A stretch of DNA of 63,928 nucleotides, filler included, from Calcarisporiella thermophila CBS 279.70 (taxonomy: Eukaryota > Fungi > Calcarisporiellomycota): NCBI RefSeq assembly GCF_041956535.1. It is 4 parts of 4 records of this genome, joined end to end, with 100 filler letters (N's around TTAATTAATTAA, not from the genome) between each part and the next. Parts side by side here need not be neighbours in the genome. Positions count along the whole stretch, not along the records: positions 1 to 26,971 come from NW_027192193.1; positions 27,072 to 50,087 come from NW_027192213.1; 2 more parts are not named here. One strand, 5' to 3'. Below, piece by piece: positions 11,566 through 27,200 of the stretch. The first letter of the stretch is position 1, and the number at the start of each line of letters is the position of its first letter. Below the pieces are notes generated by a model. The model worked only from the letters and a program-made list of their open reading frames with translations, searched no databases and had not been told where the DNA came from. A program made the translations under genes and the position numbers.

Positions 11566-14500
11566 TTAGGCGACCGGCTTGATGCCCTTCGCCTTACATG
11601 CAGCCTCGTATGCGGAACGTATCTCGGCACGTTTCGACACACTGAGTCGTTTTGAAGAAGAAGAGCTCGTAGATCCAGAGTGCAGCTTAGCATGATCTAT
11701 TTCAGGTACACCCAGCGGATAAACATGGTTAATAGGCATCCATGCCCTACCCAATTCACAATTTAGTATTAATCAAAGTCAAAAGAAATCTTTGTTTAAA
11801 CATTATCAAAGCCTCTTACCATTCATTTTGCTTTCCCGCCTGGAAAAATCGCACTACATACACGTCATTCGGTCGTCGCGCAGCTAAAACCACCTTTGGG
11901 ATCTTTGGGTCTGAGGGATCGTTGATTCTAGCAGGGTGTGGAGGAAAACCTGCAACCTTTGCCCACACAATACTCCCAACGGGCAGCATAGATTCCTCCT
12001 TCTTTACATCCTCAACTTTACGGAGTTTATTTGGACGTTGGTTAGGGGTGACCGCGGATTTAGAAGGCTCTTTGGCTGCAGGCGAGGTGGTCTGTGGTTG
12101 GGTAGTAGAAGAAGGCCGCCGACGAAGACTTCGCCCTTGGGTATCTAATGCAATGCCCTCGCCTCTCTTTTCTTCTTCAGTGCCCTGGACTTTCTCCTGG
12201 CTCTCTTCACCTTCATCGTCTGTCACATATATCCACCCTCTTGGCAAACGTTTATTGTCATCCTCTTCTGGCTCTTTCTCTTCACGCTTTCTCTTTTTAT
12301 CTGCCGGCCGCAAAGGTGAATTGGATAATCCTTCACCGCTACTCGACAGCCGCTGACTCTTTCTTATCGGTCGACGAAATCCGGGACTTTGGTCTAGTGT
12401 TTCCTCGAGATTGGCTGTCTCCAACTCTTGAATGGCAGAGTTCCGAGTAATGCGCCTAGGAGTCACATCAGGAGGCTTCGCTTGGTTGCCCTTGGCCGGG
12501 ATTATTTTCAGGACCTCGTTGGGTGAAGCTTTGCCTCGTTTTGAACGTCGCAAGGGCGTTTTAGTCTCTTCATCAGCGTTCTCTTTACTTGCGGTCACTT
12601 CTTTCTCAGGCTTCACTTCATCTCCAGCTCTCGCCCCTACATTATCCTCATTGTTCTTCTCTGGCTCTAACGGAAGAGCATTATAAGTGAATAACTCAGG
12701 ATGGATATGAATGTTCAATATTCCAGTCTCCTGTTCAACATCCAAAGCTTTATAATCCTCTCGAGCTTTCTCAATGATCGGCCCAAGTGCCTTCTGTAGC
12801 CGCAATGCCGCTTTATAGAAAGGTGTGTCGGGACGATTGTACAGCTTACAGTTGTCAATTACCAGCTGAGCGTCGGCGTTAAATTCTTCGATGGAGGAGT
12901 AGGAATGTGACTCGAGTTTGAAGCGCATTGTCGCAAAATCCATTGGGTTGGTCACAATATCGAGGTAATCTGGAACTTCTTCAATTGAGACTGGTCCAGC
13001 AAACATGTCTTGTTTATCAACACTAATTCAATTAGGATATATAAAAATCTATGTCATATCAGATGTATTCAAACAAACAAAATGAGCAGTATTTACGCTT
13101 GTAGCTCCGTTAATGCTTCCCCTAGCACGTGGTCCAAAGGAAAGAGAATTAGCTCGAGATATTTCTTTTGCAAAATGCATCTTTGCAGCTTTTGTTTCTC
13201 TCGCCGTTTGACACTCTCTGCCAGCATACGAATTCGTTCTAGGTCTTTGCGAAGGATTTGCATACACTGGTGTCAAACAAAAAAAAAAATAAGTAATCTG
13301 GCGTTCATATGGAAAAAGAGTCCTTCTTTATTACCGCTAGCTTCTTATTTCGCTCCGCTTCCGATTGACGGTGGGTTGAAGATGCTGTCCAAGGCTGAAA
13401 AATAAAATAAAATTAGCCTTTTCTTCGGAACCAATCTCAAGTGAAACTAAAGTATTTCTTACCTCTAGATGCAGTCGCTTTAGCAGAGGTGCACCTCGCC
13501 TAGATTCTCGTTTTAAACTCCAATAGCGACATACTGCCATCAACATTTGCGGCTTTTTCTGTAGATGTGGTTTCATGAAGTCCATTTGCAGCAACCTGTT
13601 ACAAATATATGCTGGTACTAAAAACAAATTGGTCGTATAACTATGCTGGTGAGCACGGGCGGCTTTATTGTTTTGGATTGCATAGGGCTGTTTGCTCTTC
13701 TTTGTCTTTCGAGATTTATATTTAGGAGTTCGCTTCGCCACAGGCCGCTTTTTATTTGTCACGGGTGAATCGCTGTATTCGTCTTCATCCTCGTCATCTT
13801 CATCCACGTCATTCTCATCTTCCTCCTCGCTGCTGGGCCTATATTCGCCTTCAGAACTTTCATACTCTCCGCTAGTAAAAACCCTCCTATTACCACTCCA
13901 TTCAGCTTGAAGTGCAGCAACCACAGCAGATACATCAACTTGCTCTTTGTATTCTTTCTGTATACGAAGAAAGGATAAACCAAAAAACTGGTGTAAACAT
14001 ATTCAGAAATGTAAAATGTTTACCGGGGTGTGCCTGTCGCAATACGATCGTAGAATCCCACCGTCATAGTGTGAGCCTGCAGCCTTCATCTTCATATAAA
14101 GTTTTGCACGTCGGCCACACATAACATGGTAAGCAGCAAAGCAGAACTTATGATCACATTGGATGCATGCACCCATACGTTTTTTGCAAATGTAGCATTT
14201 CTGAAAAATCGATATTAGAATTGGTAAAGTAGAGCATTAATGTTTTAAATTAATATACTTACAAGTTTCCAGCGACTTTTTGGGATTTTTTCAATATTAT
14301 CCACTGGTTCCATATATACTGGGTTTGCAAGTCCAACCTCTGGAATCCATATTGCACAGAGAAGATGGGCCCACCTGTTCGTATTGGTTTGTTTGAATGC
14401 ACCTCCCTCATTTGGGCAAAAAATGCAAGACTAGGAGAAAAGTTAGTATAGAAAAATCAAAGGGGATCGAATGTTATCAAATGAACAAAACTTACCACTG

Positions 14501-16122
14501 GTTTGTCTGGCGAGATCATGCACTTGCGACAGAGCCATTGTCCCTCTGGTATATACGGGATCCCATAACAATCTAGGAAAAAATTAGTAAGAATTTGCTG
14601 ATATTAATGAGCATATAAAGTTACATACCTTGATGCACTGCCAAATTACAACCATCACAGAATACTATTGCATTGCTATTTTCGCATTCGGAGTCATCAC
14701 AAATTGCGCAGGCAGAATCCTCCGGTGAATTCGAGTCTTTGTTGGTTCGTTTTGGTATATTTTTTACCTTTAAAATACAAATCATTATAAAAGGGATAAA
14801 ACGCCTAGGTTAGAAACCACAGAGAAATGCTTAAGGATATTGGCCATAATTGCTAAAACGTACCAAATCAAACCACTCTTTCTCCAACTTGTCCATAATT
14901 GCTTCGAAGAGATCAGCAGAAACCTCTTTTAGACCTTCTCTCCGTCGCTCAGCATTTAGAATTACCAGCCATCTTTCGTCTTAATTATGAAAGGACGCAA
15001 ATTTAGCAACTAAAATTAAAGTGTTGAGATAAAACTTGACCTACCCTGCTCGTCCATATCATATTCGACCCGATCAAATAGATCGCCTTCTGATGGCTCA
15101 CTGTAGCGTATATAGTGCAGATCAGGTCGCCGAAATGGCTCCAACTCTTCCAACTCCTCCTGTGTAATTAGTGGCTCCGAAATACGCATATAGGTTGGTT
15201 TGGGTAATTCTTCAACAGGAATTTTTGTTACTAGGCGAAAGCGATCAGAATTGGTTCCAGGCGGTGCGGGGCGAGCACGGGTTGAGAGAGCTTGGAATGG
15301 ATTCTCAGCCATAGGGCGATGCACAAGCTTGAGGTTTTGGCGCATACTAGTTACAGGAGTTAATGCAGGTGCGTCCAGTTCAGACATGGGTGTTATAGCC
15401 CAGGGTGTGCCAGTTGCAGTGCTTGTGGGTACAGGCGAGTTTCGCTCAGATGTATCAGCAGTAGCAATTGCAGTCGTGGCATTATTTGTGGAAAGAGCTT
15501 TTGAAGTGGGCATAAGTTGGTCACTGTGCTCTGAAACTTCCGCACTCGCATATCCATTCAGCGATTTGACCTCTTCATCCACTCCTTCCTCCTCTTCATC
15601 AGACCTTCGTAATGATTTGCTTAGTTCATAGTTAGAGGTAGAGGAATCTCGCCGCGTGATGAGTGCCGGTGTTCCAGAGGAATTTTCGGCAGGTGTGTTT
15701 GCATTATTCTTCTCTGTGGGTTCAACACTGATCGAAATTGAGGCAGAAGCGGGAGTATCTTCGCTAGCTTCAGGCTCCTCATATAACCTCACGATTTGTA
15801 GCGGTATCGTTAGATCCAAATCTGGAAAAAATTCCTTATAAGATCTTTCCTCACGCGGTTTCCCATCCTCTAACCGTGTGGCACCCTGGGAGCCTGCTAA
15901 AGCACCATCTCCACTACAATCATAAGTATACGGGTCATCATTCATGGAAGAATTATCTAAGCCAGGGGCACCGGAAGGAATCCGATTTCCGCGTGTTCTT
16001 GACCGCCCACGCCCACGACCCCTAGATCGCCCACGAGCAGCACTTCGTGTCTGAGAAGCTACGTCAGATGAGTACTGCATAACCGAGGGTGGGGTGGATG
16101 GCATGGAATCTAATTCTGCCAT
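11566..16122 (-). CDS. NTO1: NuA3/MOZ HAT complex scaffold, Nto1/BRPF-like (EPL1, PHD-zf-PHD, bromodomain, PWWP), multi-exon
   Basis: RVEYDMDEQ (EPL-like); [27 protein letters not shown] and QWLCRKC (PHD); [18 protein letters not shown]; bromodomain [13 protein letters not shown]...NCKLYN; PWWP-like [15 protein letters not shown]. Confidence 0.92.
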
Positions 16123-16840
16123 GGAGTCAAACTAGCGATGCAAAAATCAAGTTAGATCACCGACAAAAACTCAGATAACAATAAGCACTGCTCTCTCTAT
16201 TAAAAGGTACCTTAATGGAGCGTGAATCTCTAATATAATAAATAGAAATAATAAAAATATGAGCCAAATCACAATTAAATTTTCTTTTAAAACTTTAGAG
16301 AATGAAATGTATCACAGCACAACCAAATATAAAGAAAATCAAAAGATGCTAACCCCACAACATCCACAAGCACCTTACTGTTTCCGAGACTTGATATGTT
16401 GGAGTTGGGATAACCTGATGACTTTTTACACTCAGGCACAATCTCTTCAATCGTCATAAGAGGGAGTAAAAGAAAGATGATACTTTCTAGAGAAAATTAT
16501 GAGTAATTCTGCAACGCATATATATATGAAATGAAAAGAGATGTAAAAATATATTATTGAGTTTCTTGTCTGATTATTGGAAACAAAGTCGTTTGGCCAC
16601 CCATTCAAGGCAGCAATTGAGATCGATTGCCTTGATGTCTATTCTCTTTTTCCTCTTTTCTCTTTTCGTGTAATGATGACGTAGCTTTTAGGTTAGGTGC
16701 AACCAAATAAAGAAATCAAAAATAGTACAATAAATAGGATAATAATTACAAAATATAATAAGAAAAAGTATTAGTGAAAAAAGGTAAAAAAAAAAAAGCA
16801 AAGTTATTGTCCCATCTAAGATATCAACAAAAGTTTTGAC

Positions 16841-18820
<1,980 letters not shown>

Positions 18821-19001
18821 ATTCAACAATGAGAAATACAACTTAACTTTGACACTACCCCGTTTTAAGCGAAATTCATAAGGGATCACTTGGCTAAGCA
18901 GAAACATTAAATTAAAATTTTTAACATTAAAAAATCACTTTATTAAACAGAATATCAGGGGAAAATAAAATGGATCAAAAGAAGCTAATCACTAATGTGT
19001 A

Positions 19002-20234
19002 TCAAGCATAAGATGCTTTTTCTACTGATCTCATCTGTTCTACTGCTTTCCCACTTATTGCACAGTCTTTATGAAGCATTAGTAAATTTTTTAACTGAGA
19101 TAGCTCTTCTTGAAGGGAGGCCGTTTGTCGTTGAAGATCTTGGTTTTGTGCTGTAAGTGCTGCGACACTATTCTGAAGATTTGCCTGCCACTCTTTTTTG
19201 CGTTGCCGACATTTAAAAGCAGCTGTATAGAAGATAGATTAGGTAAGCTTAGTAAATTTTGAAGAGTTTCAAAATACCTTGTCGATTTCGCTCCAAAAAA
19301 TCGCGCCTCTTTTCCTCATCTTCTATATCTTTGGAACTTCTAATTTTGCCTTTACGACGCTTAGCTGGCTTCATATCCCAACCCTTGGGTCTACTTTCGT
19401 TATCTCTTTCCGCTGATACAGATGTCCTTTGTCCATTTTTCTTATAAGTATTGTCATCACCACCACTTAATTCCCAATCCGTTACACCCGGATGTGAGGA
19501 TGAAGGCGATAGCTCTCCTTCGGGCTGCAAAGCGCCTTTTTTCTCCTCGAATCTTCCCTCTAGTATTTCTCTTTTTACTCCTCGTTGATGATACATGGGA
19601 GGCAGAGCGGCTATTTCGGCTGAGTGTGTGATGGAAGATTCGCTTTCGGAAAGAGCGTGAGGTGTCGGAAGATATGTATTGGAGTGTTGCTGTGGGTTAG
19701 AATTGTTACTGGTTGAATTTGATCCTAGAAGAGCAGCAAATTCGGATGCCTGGAATGGGAAGGTGCCACCTGGTGTTGTCCTATTACTCCCACCGTTGTT
19801 GAAGGTATAATTTACAGACTGTGTTTGGGGATAATTAATCATATTTGGGGAGAGCGGCCCGGCACGTAAGCTATTCCAACCAGCCGACAAGTGACCAGGA
19901 CTAGTAATCATCGAGACTGGAGGTAGTGAAGGGCGTTCGTTTGCTAATATATTAGGGGTTGTTCCGGTACTCTTTCCATTTCCTTCAGAAGGAGACGCAA
20001 CTGCATTGAAGCTCTGTTCAAATGGATTTGGTTCAAGATCGAAATTGCTACATTGTGCGATGAAACGAGTGGGTGTCTGTGCAGTAGAGGGAGATTTGGT
20101 GAGTTTGGAGATATGTGTTTGTGGGATTGCTAATAAGTTTTCCGGTATTTTAAAGCTTATGTTAAGGGTACGGCTCAGGATACAAGATGAGAAAGGATGT
20201 ACTTGCCTTCCAGATTCTTGAGCACTGAAGCCAT
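19002..20234 (-). CDS. ATF1: Atf1/AtfA-type bZIP transcription factor, 3 exons
   Basis: QTPTRF...DLEPNPFEQSF (Aft1 OSA-type motif), SLRAGPLSPNM, and the bZIP KRRDFLERNRQAAFKCRQRKKEW...LLMLHKDC. Confidence 0.88.
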
Positions 20235-21282
20235 GATTTTATTAATTAGAAGCTTACTCTTTCTTTCACAAAGAGCATCAACCATAGACTATAGAGTCTG
20301 ACCAGATTACAATTTACTCTGTTTTTCTTTGTTAATTATCCGAAGAAAAACAAAATCCGAAGCAATTATGAACTCTTCAAAAGCTAAATGCTAGTTTAGA
20401 AGAACGGTTGGCAAAAAGTAAAAGAAAGCGACCTTACTCATCAGGTGCAGTCACAAAATGGCGAAATCTGTTCAACTTAGAGATCAAGATTTGTGCACAT
20501 GAGAGGTGACACAAATCAAGTATATAGAAAGTATCTGAATCGGGAAATGTCCATTGGAATCAGTTAGGGGCGATATACATTTTTCGATCCAGATCGTTCT
20601 ATTTGATTAAGCACGAAGATACTGAGCGCAAGTTAAAGCAGCCACAAAGTTCCTAGAATATCATCAATCATGACTTGTCTTGAAACTCTAACTTCTGTCT
20701 TTGCTTGGATTATAATAGTAAATAAAAGCCCGATTGCTTGGAGATTATTAATAGTATCTAACGAAAAAGGTAATTTTTAACGACATCCTTGTTCTTTTTT
20801 TCCTTTTACAACCTTTTGGCTTTCTAAAAGAATCGCTTCCCGCCTATATACTTGCTCGGTTACACCTAGAAGCTATAAGATTTATGTCTAAGACCATCCA
20901 AAATTATCAAATGAGAGATGAAGTAATGATGATTCAAGAAGAAATACTGGGAATACTGTATTTCACAGCCGTCTGATAATGTCAAAAACAATCAAACTAA
21001 TGATAATAATCACTGAGTGAATTAAATTCCTTAAGCAGTATTGACTGAACGTATAGAATTATCTTTATCTGGAATGTTCACTGATACAATTTTACAGAAC
21101 TGAAGGAATCTTTTTGCCTGTAGCTAAAAGTAAAAAAATTCAAGTTTCCAAGTCGATGGAGGTATAAAGTATGTAAGAATACAGCGTCGATTGGCAAACT
21201 TTATATATATGCGGTAATCAGTTTAACAAACTATGTTTATATTGTGATAATTGGATATTGAGAATATGGTATGTCAAACGAT

Positions 21283-23197
21283 TCATGTGTGCCTACGCCT
21301 AATATATATTTCCCTGATCGCAACCGGTTTCAACTTGGATTCTCTCAATTCTGCTTCAGAAAACACTAGCGGCTTCAATTCCTCCAATGTCTTGATTATT
21401 TCATTTACGTGTTGCTGTGCGATCATACCTACTCTTCTTTCAAGTGACCTCAGCAACTCGAGTGTTTTCGCGAGTTGTAAGTAACACTCCCGCCGCACAG
21501 CGCGACTAGGATGTACACGCACAATAAACTTATGCATATGGCAGAAGACGTGTCCAGGTACTTGCATTTGACACCAATTTTGGCGACATATGGCAGTTTG
21601 CCAACCCAACGTGGAATTAAATACACCCTAGATAAACGATTAAAGTTTTCATTTATCAGTTTCTATATGTACGATTGGAAGAGGAAAAAGTAACGATAAG
21701 TATTCAACTACTCTATTCATTCATTACCCTAGCATATTCATTCATTGCCTTAACTCTTAACTCTTTCATTAGCTCCCCTTCGATCCTCTGGGGCGGTGCT
21801 TCCGATTCAATAAATCGTTGCCACAGAGAACACCAATCGATCCAGAAATTATACCCTACCCCATTGCTAAGCATTTGGCGCAATTCCTCATCACTGGTGC
21901 TCCCGTTTCGTAGAGTCGAATGCAAGTCTTGCTGCAAAAGAGCTGCAATTCCTATAACATTCTGGACAATCTCAATATCCAGCTGTGTCCAATCGATATC
22001 TTGAAATCTTTCGAATTTGGTCGAAAATTCAATGTCTACAAAAAGTGAAGCCTAATACTCAAACATCAATTAAAACAGCCGAGTTTTTAGAGGGATTTGA
22101 TAAAGTATTTACGAGAAACAACTTGTATCTTTCCCCGTCTTTTGAATGAACGGTTGCTTTAGGGGAATTGCGGATAATCCCAAGACTTATCAGCCTAGGC
22201 CTGCCATCCATATTGACACTCACCATTTCACTGTGACAAAGATAACTCCTAATATACCACATCATGAAAATGAAAATAAACATGAACCCCAGATATTCAT
22301 CTACCATATACGCCTTCGAAGTTCAATTTGCATCTCATCTTGTTCGTTCGGGTCGTCCGTTTCCAATCCTAGTGCGAGTGCCATTAACACTGCTTGTCTA
22401 TGATATACGTAGGCATCATCATAGCGAAGCAATTTTCTCATGCAATCCTCCAAATTTTGAAATGATAGTACAATGTATAGAGATGGAGTGTCAAACACCT
22501 CCTCGAGGCACAAGCGCGCTTGTGCAAGTAGATCACCAACAATTTTTCGTATTTGTTGCATCATCAAACTATATCCATGCCTACATAACAGATGGATAGC
22601 AGAATTGGCCAAGGCAGTACATATTAATTCTGAACTCAACTCTCCACGGTGATAACTCTCAAGGAAACTAGCACGGTCTGGGTGTTGAAAACCGTAGTTA
22701 CAGTCACTCACATAGACATAGAATAGATAATCTGCAAGTCTACGACTGACGAAAGAAGGGCGATGGACGGAGGGTTTAAATATCTTATCTTGAATGGGGG
22801 TCGGAAAGTGACGGTTCAGGAGCGTACATCGACGTGACCCTAAGCCTGATTCTGTCAGGTTTTTAGAGGTGAAGCCATGAAATAAATCAGGTGGAGATAT
22901 GTTTTCTAGGATAAAATATGCGCTAAGAAGCCGATGGAGATCTCCAAGTGAATTTAGTTTGAGTTGGAGTCTAAGCCCGTCTCCTGAGGAGAGAAAGTGC
23001 ATCCTATGAGGTTGGCCACAAGAAAATTTATTATTGATATCTGTATTATCCTCAAGTGAAAATGAATGGTTGCTATCTGGTGAATGTCCTTCGTTTAACA
23101 AGGGTTCAATTGATGTTAATGGAGTCGAACAAAATGAGTAAATTAGGTCCCAAAAATCTCGCTCTGATTTAATCACCCTGGATGAGGAACCTGACAT
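21283..23197 (-). CDS. fungal-specific transcription factor (middle homology region) domain protein, multi-exon; 5' end uncertain
   Basis: AYVYHRQAVLMALALGLETDDP...IELRRRIW motif typical of fungal TF MHR domains; downstream exons at 21283-22240. Confidence 0.72.
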
Positions 23198-24850
23198 CTG
23201 ATTTGAAAGGATAGGATCAAGTAGATAACAACTGCGCATTTTCCGTCCTATTATTGACAACAACTGATGCAATTCTTATTTGTCTCTTTACCTTTTTCAT
23301 TATACATTAACAATATTTAAGAACAAATTTTGTTTTTCCGGCCAAAAACACTGCCATGTATAGCCTCAAATTATAATTTTCTCCGCCCGTTAACAAAGTT
23401 TTGACGAGAGCAGCACTGTCTATTTAAAGAGCTACAGACAACAGTTTGAGTGATTGTTACAATTTTAGAAGAATTTTAATAAGTTCATGTATTCATTATT
23501 ATGTTAGTGCGGAGCAATATCCAGATAGAAGAGGGTCGAATATCGAATTATCGAACTTCGCAAACAAAACAACCTGATGAATGAGCAGCTATATTTACCT
23601 AACACAATGACATTATTATGTGATCAGCTGGCATCGAGTTAAAAAGAATATCTAAATATTTAGGTTAATATACCTTATTATCTTTGTTGTTGTGCCTTTG
23701 CTGCGCCTGTCCCTTTATTAGAACTCCTATATTCGCACTATTGGCATCGCTGCTCTGCCGGCTTACAAGTCGAAAAGCCATGAATCCTTTTGCGTGAGAA
23801 TGAGTTGTTGAATATCCTCAACCTGGATCCTCAGCTTGAGCGTTTGCATGAAGACTCCTTTAATCTGTGGCTGTGTTAAAAAAAAAGGCAAACTTATAGG
23901 GGAAATCTTATTGATAGCCAGCACCATTTACGCGTGTCGTTGATATCGAGGTTTGAAGCATGCTGTTTCGATGTTGGAGGTAGGAAAATGCCACCTAACC
24001 TAATTATTCATTGAGGAAATCTAAACTGAAACCCTAATGAAGAGTTGAGATCACATTGCAAGGAAAGATTTAGCATATTTCTAGATGACTTTTTTTTTTT
24101 TTGTTAAAGAATAGAATTATTTATATTTGCGGCCATCCTATTCGGTTAGAAAATCTACATGCTATTAATAATAAATTTAGACCGAAGGATAGTCAGAATA
24201 CATGAGTAATATTTAGTGTGTACATGCTAACTGAATGTGGATTGTTAACTGATGGGTATTGTAATACCATTGATCTGGGCTAATAATTGTATACCGTATA
24301 TGTGAAAGTATGAAATTTAAATATTGTTATTGACGAATCTGATAACTATCTAAGAGATAGCAAGTAGGCCAGAGTTATTGCCTACTTTGTGGCTCCAGGA
24401 GCACTTGAATTGCTAATTACGAAGGGGAAGTTCACTCAATAAGAGCATGGGCAATAAAAAGCTAGTCGCACCAGCTTATCAACTCTGCTAGATAAATATA
24501 TATAAATATATAAATAAAAATATGTAAATAAAAGTAAATAAAAGTAAATAAAATAGGAGAATAAAATTAGAAACCTTCCAATGTTTTGTCTACCCATTGC
24601 AGTCCGGATTCTGCATGAATGAAAAAGGTATACATACTTGAACGTATTGCCAAGTGGCAGGTTCTTTGTTTAGGGTTTATACAGTTCATTAATGAAAGTC
24701 TCTAAGAGCTGATGTAGCCGTATGTTGAATTTCAAAGCAGATGATAGCAGTTGTTTATATTGTTTAGATTCTTATTTGACGATAAAAATCAAAAATTTTA
24801 TTTCGTCAAAAACATGATATTGGAATCATTAATCCTGCATCATAAAATAT

Positions 24851-25340
24851 TTATGAAGCGATGGTGACTTCAACTTCAACTCCGGGCTCAATAGAGATGG
24901 AGGTCTAAAGTGATATAAAAAATTAACACATATTCACCAAAAGCGCAAACATTTAAACTTACGATTTGCTTCACGATCTCACTGGGGCTGTGCAAGTCGA
25001 TCAAACGCTTGTGAATGCGCATCTCATAACGGTCCCAGGTCTTCGAACCCTCACCACAAGGAGACTTGCGGGTGGTGATGCGGAGAACCTTGGTGGGGAG
25101 ACGGACGGGACCCTTGACGCGGAGATCCTTATCCTTAGCGCGAAGGACGAGGTCAGAGCAAACTAAGAAAAAATATGGAGCGTTAATTTTTATTATATAG
25201 GATAAACAGGTATTGTTATTAGACCGCTTACCCTTCTCAAGGTTCTTGACATTGCGGGAAGTGAGAGTGATGCGGATGCGATGGATGGTGGGCTCCACCG
25301 ACTCTTCGAATCCGGGTTTACCTTTAGCGACGTAAGACAT
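24851..25340 (-). CDS. RPS20: 40S ribosomal protein S20 (uS10), 3 exons
   Basis: [17 protein letters not shown] / [41 protein letters not shown] / [17 protein letters not shown]. Confidence 0.97.
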
Positions 25341-25744
25341 GGTTGAATTTGTTAATTTGCTTTTAGTTACTAGTACCACGATCCCAGCGGTGACTAAAGG
25401 CGATGGTTTTCAAGTTGAAAAAAGAAGAAGGAGCAACTGAACTGTTTACGTTTTGAATTTATTGAAAAATTTTTTGCATTGTTTAGGGCAGGCAAGCAAT
25501 TTTTTTGAGTATGAACAATATGAAATAAAATTAAAACTATTTGTATTATTGATTACGTAGTGTTTGATAGACTGAATAATTAGCATAATTCGCTAAATAA
25601 TAAAAGCGATCTATAGGAACAACAATAATCCACTTGGAAAAATGGGCTCAATGATTATTATCTCGCAAATCAAGCTTCATGTTGTGCGAGTATATTTATA
25701 AGTATATATATGATTAAATCGCTATGCAAAGGGGTCAACTATAC

Positions 25745-26178
25745 TGTATGGGGGAATTTTTCGAAAGCTTTAACATAGTTTAGCTCCGCACCGACTTTAC
25801 TTGCCCATGATATGACCAAACTGTTAATAGTGGAAACTGATGCGTCCGAGTATGTCAAAGGAGCTTATATAAATACAAAGTGACAAAGAATACCCTGTCG
25901 CAAACGATTCAAACAAACTCTCCCCATTAGAAAAGTGATATTTAGCGGAGGAACGAAAACTTCTAGCAATTTTACGTGCCATTGAGATCTGGCGCAATTA
26001 CTTAAAGAGTCCACTTTTGTAGGTCGCACTTAGCACCAATCTTTCAAGTATCTAGGACGAAAAAAATTGATGTCCCGATGCATTGCTAAATGACTTGACG
26101 ACCTAGAATTCTTGAATTTTGATATATGTCATACTGGGGAGATTGATGTCATACCAGACGCGTTATCTCATATCTACC
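25745..26178 (+). pseudogene. degenerate Ty3/gypsy RNase H remnant
   Basis: Translation across stops and frameshifts: SSAPTLL..D..KLLIVETDASEY..GA, YPVANDSNKLSPLEK*YLAEERKLLAILRAIEIWRNYL, and IPDALS. Confidence 0.85.
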
Positions 26179-26526
26179 ATTGTGTAAGGAAATGATTTTT
26201 TATTGTATTGTATTTTTAATGTTTTCCAACTGACCAACTCGGTTAAGCACGCGAAAGACAAGCTTGCAGAATGGAGACAAAGGCTTAATATGCAAGAATA
26301 TGCGATTACTTTCAGATCATTGGAAATACAAATTCCCCGAATCACAAAAGGAGTATTATTGCGATTATTCGCGGACCGAAATTGCAGAAGAGAAAGGCGT
26401 TGGAGGGTAAGAACTCAACCACTTTCAACGAAGCTGTTAGAGTAAAAGGTGGTAAACTCTCACGAAATTCGATTTTGTGGCTTATTTATTATTTTATTAT
26501 AAATAACTCGTTTCAATCCAGATTCA

Positions 26527-26960
26527 TGTTGCGTCGAATATATGTCTAATAAGGTCTATCCCGACAATCCTCTAGCTATCCCTAAGCTCTTGATTGTCCT
26601 TCCTTAAACACTTCAGAAGACTAATAAACGACACAAGATGGTGGTTTGAAACGTATCCGGTTCTATCTCAATACAAAATAGCACGTCCTTTATTGTAAAT
26701 GAAATGTCGGTCTTTTTATACTGTTGTTAACGTATCACATAGGGAAAAATAATAAAAGTAATAAAATGGCATCATCTCAATATAATAAAGTTATCATAAA
26801 ATAAGGTTGGCGTAATAAACAACCGTATAATATTAAATATTCTCACAAAAGGGCTCGGTTAAAGAAATAAAGATAATAAAGCGATCAAGTCACAAAAGCT
26901 AAGCCTCCGTTCTATACTACTGCGCCATTGATCCATTTAGTTCCAAATTTCCTCACAACA
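26527..26960 (+). mobile_element. solo LTR, family A
   Basis: TGTTG...CAACA termini, 4-bp TSD TTCA on both sides, near-identical to 39838-40277. Confidence 0.92.
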
Positions 26961-27015
26961 TTCAATTGTTGNNNNNNNNNNNNNNNNNNNNNNNNNNNNN
27001 NNNNNNNNNNNNNNN

Positions 27016-27027
27016 TTAATTAATTAA
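27016..27027. other. artificial scaffolding linker TTAATTAATTAA inside a 100-nt N gap (also 50132-50143 and 62522-62533)
   Basis: The identical six-frame-stop palindrome is embedded in N runs three times. Confidence 0.95.
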
Positions 27028-27081
27028 NNNNNNNNNNNNNNNNNNNNNNNNNNNNNNNNNNNNNNNNNNNNTGGAAATATC

Positions 27082-27200
27082 GGGGGACGACAGTGTAGTG
27101 GACTATCCAAGGGATGCCGAATGAAACGGCGTGGGTTCGAAACCCACTTCCCCCACCAGCACTCACTATTAGATCGTGACTGCTGTCCACTTTGATCAAT
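27082..27200 (+). mobile_element. tRNA-derived SINE family 1, head region (tRNA-like with encoded CCA)
   Basis: GGGGGAC...AGTGTAGTGG (A box)...GGCGTGGGTTCGAAACCCAC (B box/T arm) TTCCCCCACCA, then sequence similar to the copies at 46290 and 47391. No intact anticodon arm. Confidence 0.7.

Noticed and set aside
11742-15841. Plus-strand ORFs of 100-200 aa overlapping NTO1 (similarly opposite OLE1, the STRA6-like gene and the NRPS)
   Set aside because: Antisense shadows of real coding exons with no independent motifs.
26972-27071. TTAATTAATTAA palindrome inside N runs (three times)
   Set aside because: Artificial six-frame-stop scaffolding linker. It is not biological, and gene adjacency across these joins is unverified.
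27082-27158. tRNA-like sequence with CCA as a functional tRNA, tRNA-Sec or tmRNA
   Set aside because: No canonical anticodon arm or UCA anticodon, and it continues into a repeated body that has a TSD elsewhere, so it is a SINE head.
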